DNA of 64,000 nucleotides from Dendrobates tinctorius. Taxonomy: Eukaryota. The notes beneath the pieces were generated by a model. The model was not told where the DNA came from and made no database searches. It saw nothing but the letters and a program-made list of their open reading frames with translations. Below, one piece after another: positions 55,301-64,000 of the stretch. Each line of letters starts with the position of its first letter. Position 1 is the stretch's first letter. Both the position numbers and the translations under genes were made by a program. The stretch lies in contig NW_027361788.1 of the NCBI RefSeq assembly GCF_039654945.1, positions 24,118,001 through 24,182,000 of the forward strand, given 5' to 3'.

Positions 55301-58300
55301 AGCAACGCATATGACACATACTCCTTCCGCTTTTATCTTTTTGACTACCCTGGGGACTAGCTTTAGGGGTGGAAACATATGGGAGGGAGAACAGTGCCCA
55401 GAAAACTGCTAGCACATCTCGTCACTAACGGGTCACGAGATCTGGATATAAACTGAGGAACCTTGTGGTTGAGTCTGGACACCATCAGGTCAACGTCCGG
55501 AGTCCCCCATCTGAGGCAGGTCCTGTGAAGAACTGACAGGTTCAGTGACAATTCGCCGGCAACAAGACATTGTCAGCTGACAGTCTGGAGGCCAATTGTC
55601 CACTCCTGGGATGTGTAGCGCAGAGATTGCTGGAACATTCTGCTCAGGACAGGAGCCAAGCGACCTCAGACATCACTGTCTGGCTTTGAGTTCCCCCTTG
55701 GTGATTGACATATGCCACCGCCGTGGCATCATCGGACTGGCCTTGAATCGGACAACCGTAGAGAAGTTCCTGCCAAGGAAGCAGAGCAAGAACGTTGATT
55801 GGAAAAGATGATTCCTGAGCGGACTATCGGCCCTGACCTGTTAAGTCCTGAACTATTGCTCCCAAGCCACGTAGGCCAACATCAGTTGTCACGATCTTCC
55901 AATGAATAGGTAGGAAATATCTCGTAAGATGGACCAACAGAGTCCCTTCCCAGGGACTTCTTTATTCACGAGGGAATTGAGAAAAGCCGATACAGCAAAC
56001 AGATCGACCTGTCCCATCTTACTAGAAGGAAGAGTTGAAGAGGGGATGTGTGAAATTGAGCAAACGGGACTGCTTCCATTGAAGCAACCATCTTACCTAG
56101 TATACTGGTGCAGAAGCGGCGGGAACAAGGTGAGCGGCGTCAGAGAATGAATCCCGTGCCTGTGTTAAACTTTTTCTTGGGTAGGAAAATTTTTGCTTGG
56201 GCGGTGTCGTAAAGCATTCCCAGAAAAACAATACGTTGGACCAGGATCAGAGACAACGTCAGTGTTGAAAATCCAACCCAGACAAGAAAGGGTGTCCACA
56301 GTAATCTGTAGACTCTCTTGGCATGCCCTGCGGGATGCAGCCTTGATGAATGTCGTCTAGGTGACCAGAACGGCCAAAGCTGTCACCATTATTTTCGTAA
56401 AAACCCTGGAAGCGGTGGCTAGGCCAAGCCAAATGGGAGCACTGAACTGGAAATGGCATTCCTGTTTTGCGAAAAGGAATCTCTGGTTCGGAGGGAACGT
56501 GCAGGTAGACATCTTGAATGTCCACCGAGCAGAGGAATTCCTCTGGCTCCATGGAGGCTAATACCGATCGAAGGGACTGCATTCTGAAGTGACGCAGTCG
56601 CACCTAGCCATTTAATAACGTGAGATCCAGGATGGGACGAACGGAGCCACCTTTCTTTGGAACCATGAACAAGATTGAATATAAAGCTGAAAAGCGCTCG
56701 TGTGGGGACAATGAAGCCGGCTTTGGAGAGTTCAGACAGCCTTGAAAAACCCGGGGATGAGTGAAGCATTCTTTGGCGAGATTTGTAAAATCCAAAGTGA
56801 GGGAGTGTAGAAAACTACATATTGTAACCATAGGAGACATCTCGGACCCAGGTGTCATCTTTCTACAGAGCCATTCGTCCCAAAATTGAAGGAGACTGCC
56901 GCCCACCCAGAGTCCTCCTAGGTGGGAGCAACCCGTCATTCTGAGAATCTGTTGGAGCCTGTTCAGTGTAGCCAGTTTTTTTTTTCTTTAAAAAAAGGAG
57001 CCCCCTGCACTGCCATGAAAATAACTGTCCTGAAGATCTTGAATCCTTCACAGACCGGTGATGTAAGATGGACATCAAAGGACATCAAGAGATCTCTGGG
57101 CAGCTGACATCTTCGGATGACTGTCAAGTAACTGTTCTGTCTTACTACCCTGCACGACTGGCCCTGGAGGGCAAGGACCAATATGCCTGTCCTCAGGGAG
57201 GATGTCCCAAACACTCTTGCTGTGTTGGGGGGATAGGGTCCTACCTGGTAGGCATGAGATGGTACAGTAGTCACACTATCACACTGTGGTCCCGATCTCT
57301 AGGGGGGAGAGCAGAATGACAACCACTCTGTCGCCCAGAATCACAAGCTGAATCTGAAAAATAAAAATCTTTAATAAAAACAACAAAACGTAAAGGTAGA
57401 AACAGGTCCAAGAGCAGACCCGTGTCCACCTCCTACTGACAGTAAGCTAAAACGGATTAAAGGCCCTTTTACATTTAGCGATGCACCAGCGATCCAACCA
57501 GCGATCCGACCCGGTCAGGATCGCTGGTGCATCGCTAAATGATCGCTAGTGAGCTTTCATACAGAAAGATCTCACAGCGATGCAGCAGCGACGCAGCGCA
57601 CGATACTTACCATTCACACACAGCGATCCTGCGTCCTCCCGCCCGCGTCCAGCGTCGCTCGTCGTCACAGCAGGAAGTGCCCGACGAGAAATGGAGCCGG
57701 ACATTCTCACGCGATCAGCGAAGGACAGCGGGGGAGCCGGTCGCTGGTAAGTATCACACATAGCGATATCGCTAGCAATATCGCTATAACGTCACAAAAC
57801 CAGTGACGTTTTAGCGATATTGCTAGCGATATCGCTTAGTGTAAAACCCCCTTAACTTAGTGCCAGTCGGTGGGGTGTACATTGCGGAGGAGGAGCTAGT
57901 TTTTTTCTGCAGAGTGTCAGCCTCCTTGTGGCAGTAGCATACACCCATGGTTTTTTGTGTGCCCCCAATGAAGCGATAACCTTAAATATGGAATTTTGGT
58001 TTTTATTTCTACTTTTACTGGGTGGTAAAAAAATGACCTGTTAGCCCGATTCTCTATTGATTACTGTGATTCCAACGTTGTGTATTTTTTAAAGGGAATC
58101 TGTCCCCTATTTTTTTAGCCCTATCAGCTGCCGGCACCACCATCAGAGGCTTATCTACAGCATTCTGCACTGCGGTCCGGCGCCTCCCATCTTCTAGTGA
58201 TACCATCCTCCTTCTTACTTCTGCCGTGGCTCCGGCACAGGCGTACTTAATCTGCCCTGTTGAGGGCAGAGTAAAGTACTGCAGTGTGTAGGAGCTCTGA

Positions 58301-59493
58301 CCTTTCTCGGCGCCTGCACACTGCAGTACTTTATCTGCCCGGTTGAGGGCAGAGTAAAGTACGCCTGTGCAGGGGCCGCAGCAGAAGTAAGAAGGAGAAT
58401 GGTATCACTAGAAGATGGGAGGCGCCTGACCGCGACACACATCAGCACCAGACCACGCCTCCGGTAAGTATTATCTAACTCATTTTTCTTATCTTTCTGA
58501 TTACATCGGGGGCTTATCTACAGCATTATAGAATGCTGTAGATAATCCCCTGCTGGCAGTGGCAGCAGCTGATAGGACTAAAAAATAGGTGACAGATTCC
58601 CTTTAAAGGGGATCTAGATGCAGGCACTACCCTCCTAAGCCATCTATATCGACATACAGGTCGTAGGAAGCTGAACAAAATGATACCTTGATATCTGCGA
58701 TCCAATGTCTTTCAAGGAAATCCACTTTGCTTTATGTAAATGAGCTATGTCTAGGCCATAGATCTTAACAGCTCATTTACATATTAAGAAAAATATAGAT
58801 TTCTCTGGAATAAGACATTGGATCACAGATTTTATTCAGCTTCCTATGACCTAAATGTCCATATAGACTGATTTAGGGGGATAGCTTCTACAGATTGCCC
58901 TATAAGCGGTGAATAATAGAAATTGTTCATGCTGCTTCTTTCTGAGACCTGTAACTTCATTTTCCAACAGTAGACTGATGTAAGGGCTCTTTTTTCTGGG
59001 TCCTGAGCTATTGTTTTATTGAAGCCCATACTATGTTTGAATTGCATTTTTTGCTTAATTGTATAGGTTAAATATTTTGATTGGACTTTTGCAGACATGG
59101 TGAAACCCTATTTAATTTTTTTCTAGTTCTGTAAGGGAACTTACTCAAGTGATACATTTTTTGTATTGCAGTATATTTAGTACACAGCAGGGTTTCATTT
59201 TTGCCCGTTTTCCATTTTATGGCATTAGTTGGGTCATTAGACACTGATGTCAGGCCGGTACATACACCCATAGTAATGTGGATAGGGAAGGGTCTCTGTC
59301 GAGGTGGGTAGACAAGTGAATTCCTTGCTCTTACGTGATTCTTACTGTTACCTCTATTTCCTTTCTAGGTCTGTACCCATCACCAGCTTCCATCCCACCT
59401 TTGGAGCGACAAGAGTTCTGCTGCCCGAAGTGTCAGTACAAAGCGCCAGACATTGATACTCTGCAGATACACGTGATGGATTGTATACAGTAG
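43373..59493 (+). CDS. IKBKG: NF-kappa-B essential modulator (NEMO/IKK-gamma), ~556 aa. Coding exons: 43373-43556, 45548-45789, 46542-46652, 47016-47108, 47182-47243, 47328-47381, 47668-47770, 48169-48287, 48673-48813, 52557-52653, 52734-52883, 52970-53103, 53178-53233, 59369-59493
   Basis: Peptides [50 protein letters not shown] core DFHTEREAR and C-terminal zinc finger [25 protein letters not shown]. The GT-AG exon chain stays in frame (1671 nt). The five exons at 46542-47770 are less certain. Head-to-head with G6PD as in mammals. Confidence 0.95.
44465..45140. repeat. 31-bp minisatellite, ~21 copies, IKBKG intron after the first coding exon
   Basis: Unit GGGAAGTGGGGGC(ATG/CAG)TCTCTG(T/C)CACTCT(C/G)C. 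Confidence 0.95.
49824..50870. mobile_element. TTAA-type (Kolobok/T2-like) MITE with a nested Harbinger-like MITE (50373-50735)
   Basis: Long inverted ends AACCTGTCAGCAGGATTGTG / CACAATCCTGCTGACAGGTT. Nested element TGTCACACTTAGCGAT...ATCGCTTAGTGTGACA is the same family as 57461-57852. Confidence 0.8.
53578..53919. mobile_element. Hairpin MITE inserted in the left DIRS terminal repeat
   Basis: tta-GGCTAGTTTCACACTAG start and long internal inverted arms. Confidence 0.65.
57461..57852. mobile_element. Harbinger-like MITE inserted in the right DIRS terminal repeat
   Basis: TAA flanks; TTTTACA(T)TTAGCGAT / ATCGCTTAGTGTAAAA ends. Confidence 0.8.
58093..58901. mobile_element. Two abutting TTAA-type MITEs (58093-58602 and 58607-~58901)
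   Basis: TTAA-AGGGAATCTGTC...GACAGATTCCCT-TTAA, then AGGGGATCT... sharing the central TTAA. Confidence 0.8.
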
Positions 59494-60624
59494 CCGCCCA
59501 ATGCTATGGACTGTTCCTATAGATTGTGAATGGACACTTACCTGACTGCACACTGATGCAATTTTACCATTGGAAGTTGAAGGATGATGCAAATGTTTGA
59601 GAAGGCACAATCCTCCATTTTATGAATGTAAAAGACAAATTAAAACTTTTTTTTGCTTAAAGCAGATCAGTCGCCAGATATCACAATGCTACGTACAGTT
59701 GATTGATTTTAGACCTAATGAGGCTGGGTGTACTTTTAAAACCTATTAGAATGGTAGTATAATGCTTTCTCAAAGTTTTCCAAGCTAATATTAAAATGCT
59801 TATCATAACCCCCTCTCCAACATCAGTCATGTTTGGGAGTTGAGCCCGCTCCATACACAGGGTGCCAGGTGTGCCGCACAGTCGGCACTGGCCTCTTAGG
59901 TGCTTTACCTGTAAATGCCACTGTGAATCTGACAGTGGTGGAAATTCAAGTCTCTATAAGGGACTGAAAGGAAGAGTTTAAAAAAATATATATATTTTTA
60001 TACAATATGTAAAATTAACATTTCAAATTTAATTTTTGAAATTTAAAGTGGAAAAAAATATTACCCCAATCAATCCATATGGTAAACATCATAAAGGGGG
60101 AAAAAAAAAAGCGTAAAAATGAAGGGCGATTTAAGTGATAAAGGTCATATATACATCAAACTGGAAAAATTAAACAGGCTCCATTGAAGGAAAAAAAAAA
60201 AAAAAAAAAAAAGTCAAGGGGGTTGGGGAGGAGAAACAGAACACTGGCATTAGTGAGCTGCAGAGTGCTACTTTAAAAACTGAACCCAAAAAAAAAAAAG
60301 CTTTTGCCCAACCTTTAACACCGCCTTGGATTTTTTTTTCTCTCCGGTATATCATCTGGTAAAACGAATGTTGTTCAAGGTTTCAACTCGGGCCCACAAC
60401 TTTGCAATGGCGAGAAATAAAGTTATGGGAGAAGGAAGTTAGCAAAAAACCAAGTGTGTCCTTAAAGGGTTAGTCTATAGTGATATCTGGTGACAGATCT
60501 GCTCTAGAATGACTACCAGAGTCTGCGGATTGTTGTGCAATGGTCGGTTCTCCGTGGCTCATCCCGCCAGCCCAAAATGGGGAACATACTTACTGTCTCT
60601 TCCAGACACCTCATTCTGTTACTC

Positions 60625-60688
60625 TGTAAATTAAATGTGTTGTAAAAGCGCCAAAAATGCCTTTGTTTTGTTGTACATTCAGTTTATT
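60625..60688. terminator. Convergent poly(A) signals: IKBKG ATTAAA (+, 60630-60635) and SEPHS2 AATAAA (-, 60688-60683)
   Basis: TGTA upstream and a GU-rich tract (60661-60674) downstream on +. AATAAA just downstream of the SECIS on -, followed by U-rich sequence. Confidence 0.6.
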
Positions 60689-60739
60689 GAAAAATCATCT
60701 TAAAGAGCCCAATCCCAGACTGCCTGACCTTCCAACCCT

Positions 60740-60812
60740 CCTCTGAGCTCACATCAACCACCGCCAGCCCGACAGTAGCGGGTTTTACAGGATGTGGCGT
60801 CATTAACAGAGG
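60740..60812 (-). promoter_or_regulatory. Type II SECIS element in the SEPHS2 3' UTR
   Basis: Minus strand reads CCUCUG uua AUGAC GCCACAUCCUGU AAAA CCCG cuacugu CGGG CUGGCGGUGGU UGAU gugagcu CAGAGG: helix I, AUGA/GA core, helix II, unpaired AAAA and an apical mini-stem. Confidence 0.9.
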
Positions 60813-61035
60813 CAGGTGTGGAAGGCAACGGGAGCCCGATCTCCTCCATAACTCTCAGACCCAGCTGCTCAGGCCTGGACCGGGAGCGGAGATGACGACT
60901 ATGGAAGGGCTTTATTCAGTGTCCATGATGAAAATTAAATCACATTCCAATATATTCCATTTCCTTAGATTTACTCCATTATCCAGACATAATTAGGTTT
61001 CAGTCCAATCAATAACCCCAGTGATACTTTCCGGT

Positions 61036-63609
61036 TTAGCATGGTCCTTCTAGACTGGATGTGGTGCTATTGTCACTGGTCCCAGCACCACGTGGGGTCA
61101 CTTCAATAATGCGAGGTTTCTCAATAATGCGGGCAGACCGATTTCCTTTCTCCACAATACCAATGATCCACGCCTGGTGTCCCTCGCCGTACTTGGGCGA
61201 CTTTATCTCGGCACAGAAGCGTGCCGCTTGCTCTCTCGGAAGGCAGATGAGTAGACCACCTTTACAAGAAAATATTCAGGTTAGAAAGCAGTGGCACAAC
61301 CAGTCACCAGCCATAACAATCAAGTAGTAATTAAGAGTTGAGCGAGTTTTTCAATAATCAGTCTTCGATCGCCAGAGAAGGTTGTTTTTGCAATATTAGC
61401 CGAATGGAATTGGAGTCAATGGGAGTAGAAATTAGCAAATATGTTTGGAAACGATAGTCAAACAAATTCGGCACAAATAGGGTACCAATGTGACAAATTA
61501 GGATTCAGTGATAGTTTCCAAAGATATTCGCTCATCTTTAGTAGTAATACTAGTGCTGCCCACTAGTTACTCCACAGCCCAACAGTCCGTACTCACCCGA
61601 AGTCTCCGGGGACGTTCCTTGAAGTAACCTGAATCGGGTACCGCAGGCCTTCGTGATAGCCGCCATCTTGGCAATGATGGGCAAATTGTGGATGACAAAG
61701 TTTACTTCGGAGAGTTGCTGCTGCGCCAGGTTTTGAGCATGGCCCAAGATCCCAAAACCAGTAATATCGGTAGCAGCGTGGGCATTAAACAAGTGCATCA
61801 AAGCTGCAGCTAGGGAAAAAAAAAAAAAAAAGTAGAACTTAAAGGAGTAGTCTGATCTGGCACATGGCTTAAATTCTGACATGTGCACCCATCAATATTA
61901 AATTGGTGGGGGACCAACTCTTAGCACCCCTTTGTGAAGGGAAAGGCCCTGAGATGTAGTACCAGGAACAACCACTACTAAAGTGTGGACCCAGAAACCC
62001 CCTTTAAATGCTAGTGGCCCCAATTAAAAAAAAAAAAAAACACACAGGCCAACACCATTCCAGCCATGTTGGCGCTATTTTCCAGTGTTCACGTGACATT
62101 GTCAGGTGAGCGTTGCAGCCAGTCGCTGAATACAGGATGCAGTCTTCATGGTTCCATCAGACGGAAGCGTAAAGGCTGCAAACCATCACTCTGCTAATAA
62201 GCAGCAGCGCTCAGGTGACAATGTAACATGACCACCAAGAGAGAGTGCCGGTATCTATGGCACGGGCGGTGGGTGTTTGGGTATTTTGCAGTGTTTTTTG
62301 TTTTTTCTTTTTCTTTTTTTTTTTTGGGGGGGGGTTGTCACTTAAAGGGTTAAAGCCAAAACCACCATTACATAACAGTGAATCTGGTATGTGGGAGCTC
62401 GAGTAGGAGAGATCGCTCCCGACACAATGACCATCAGCTATAGGTTACCTGTACGATTCAGAGTCGCCATATTAAACATGGCCTCTTGGTATCCCAGCTC
62501 AACTTCTTCTCTGCTCACCACCAGACGGATCTTGTTCCAGCGTTCAGCCTGATGGACGAGACTTAGGATAACGATTACTGGGGTCAAATCACAAAAGAAT
62601 CCAGATGACAATGACCCAGAACGATCACTTACGTTGTCCAACCACTGATGTGCGTTTACAGCTACCTGCGTCCCCAGGGGCTTCGTCAGCACGAGGACAT
62701 CACCTGGAACAGCGTTGTGCGGCCTTGGGAAGAAATTACAGATTTTATATATAAAAAGTTGTCCGATGTAAGGGAGCGGTCCAGCCATAATTACCTATAT
62801 TAAAATATTTATTTTTTCCCCCATGTATGGACAATCCCAAGATCAGACCCCAGCACCAACTAGAGTCCAATCCAGAAGGAACATTACATGATGAATTCGT
62901 TGGTTTGACAGACAACGGTTGCCACTCCTCCAATGATGATCCACGGATTAACCACGGTCTGGCCCCCGGTGACTGAGGTGCCCCCCTCCTCAGCTGCATC
63001 TTTAAAACCTTTAATCATCAGCGGAGTCACCTTTTCCCGTTCCTGGAACACATAACAAGGAGTCTATTGTGTCCGACTAAGAAAGACCCATCACAGAAAA
63101 GGAGCCCTACACAAAGCCCCGAGCTCCAGTCACACCCTGAAGCCTGGATCAGTCACATCAGCCATCAAGATGTAGCTGGTTTAAATCCCATGCAAGATTA
63201 GAGAAACACAACTGCTTCCAAAAAGTCACGTGACCAAAATATTTGTGTGACTTGCTGTCGTGCAACTAACTTACAAAAAAAAAAAAATAAGGAAAAACAT
63301 GTTATATCCAAGGCACTGTTACAGCAAGCGAGCCACCTAAGCGTGAGGCCTGCGGCAAGCGAGCCGCATGCCACCTGACCGTAAGTTTGCCAGGGGACTT
63401 TAAAATGTCATCATGGTGGACATTCAGTCTGCTATATCGAGTCAAAGAAAGCAAAAATTAAAAGGAGTCACAAGGGTCAAGGAATCATTTGCCAGCCTCA
63501 CCTCCTCCGTCATCTTCTGGCTGACACTGAGCAGCATCAGCATGTTGTCACACTCAGTAATCCCCATGGCATAGAGATCACTCAGCACGTTAGCACAAGC
63601 AATTCGACC
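61036..63609 (-). CDS. SEPHS2: Selenophosphate synthetase 2, intron-containing form; 3' part only (the 5' exons with the expected Sec UGA are beyond the window). Exons: 63609-63502, 63042-62888, 62723-62633, 62548-62449, 61809-61597, 61259-61036
   Basis: Translation [31 protein letters not shown]...GGQTVVNPW...[20 protein letters not shown]...[12 protein letters not shown]...[13 protein letters not shown]. Residues GITECD, LSVSQ, VNAHQW, MFNMATL and LLQGTS are SPS2-type rather than SPS1-type. SECIS present in the 3' UTR. Confidence 0.9.
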
Positions 63610-64000
63610 CTAGGGACAAAAAAAAAAAAAAAAAAAAAAAAAAGTTTGTATCAACCCACATGACACTAAGAAGAGGGGCAACATGACCCCCTTGTGTCAG
63701 CTCGTTATAATGATGGATGTCACAGCAGCAGTGAATTATTGGTGGTCCGGGGAGAACAAATATACCTGGTAATCAAAGCTTCAGGTAATTCTCATTTGAG
63801 GTAGAGCACACTGCTGTCAAACTGCATACAGGTATAACAGATGTGGGCATTTACTTGGGAGAAGGCAGGCTATTAGTCAGTGGATGCATTGTGAGAGTAA
63901 GGAAGTTCCTGCACCTATAGTGCTAGAAGAATACAGATGAAGAAAAATTGCCAAATTAAAAAAATAATAAAAAAAAAAAAAAATAATAAACAGCATGAGA

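Larger units (their letters stand above)
53460..57977 (-). mobile_element. DIRS1-type tyrosine-recombinase retrotransposon, decayed, in the last IKBKG intron
   Basis: RT remnants [20 protein letters not shown] and [10 protein letters not shown]...[12 protein letters not shown]; FPP...DWPQRPWY; YR region LDLVRAL. Inverted termini CTTCATTGGGGGACACA (53470) / GCCCCCAATGAAG (57961) and an internal complementary region at ~53985-54080. Confidence 0.9.

Noticed and set aside
61036-63609. Calling the gene SEPHS1
   Set aside because: Diagnostic residues and the SECIS point to SEPHS2.

Overview
Vertebrate genomic DNA, most likely anuran (inferred from the TE complement and protein divergence). It holds three spliced genes: complete G6PD (minus strand, 12 coding exons, 518 aa); complete IKBKG/NEMO (plus strand, 14 predicted coding exons, ~556 aa), head-to-head with G6PD across a ZNF143-motif-rich promoter; and the 3' six exons of an intron-containing SEPHS2 (minus strand), tail-to-tail with IKBKG, with a recognisable type II SECIS. 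The first ~18 kb and the introns are a TE mosaic: an internally deleted chromodomain Gypsy with nested Tc1 and Penelope-like inserts, an intact-ORF Tc1 in G6PD intron 5, a decayed DIRS, CR1/L2 fragments, a solo LTR and many MITEs. Most notable: a 34-bp minisatellite giving five consensus NF-kB sites in the NEMO gene itself, with neighbouring CRE/UPRE and ETS minisatellites; two hammerhead-ribozyme motifs in 15-bp-TSD inverted-repeat inserts; a poly(A) hexamer upstream of the SEPHS2 SECIS; and five NEMO exons absent from the human gene. Exon boundaries were read by eye and gene identities come from recalled homologous sequences, not database searches.
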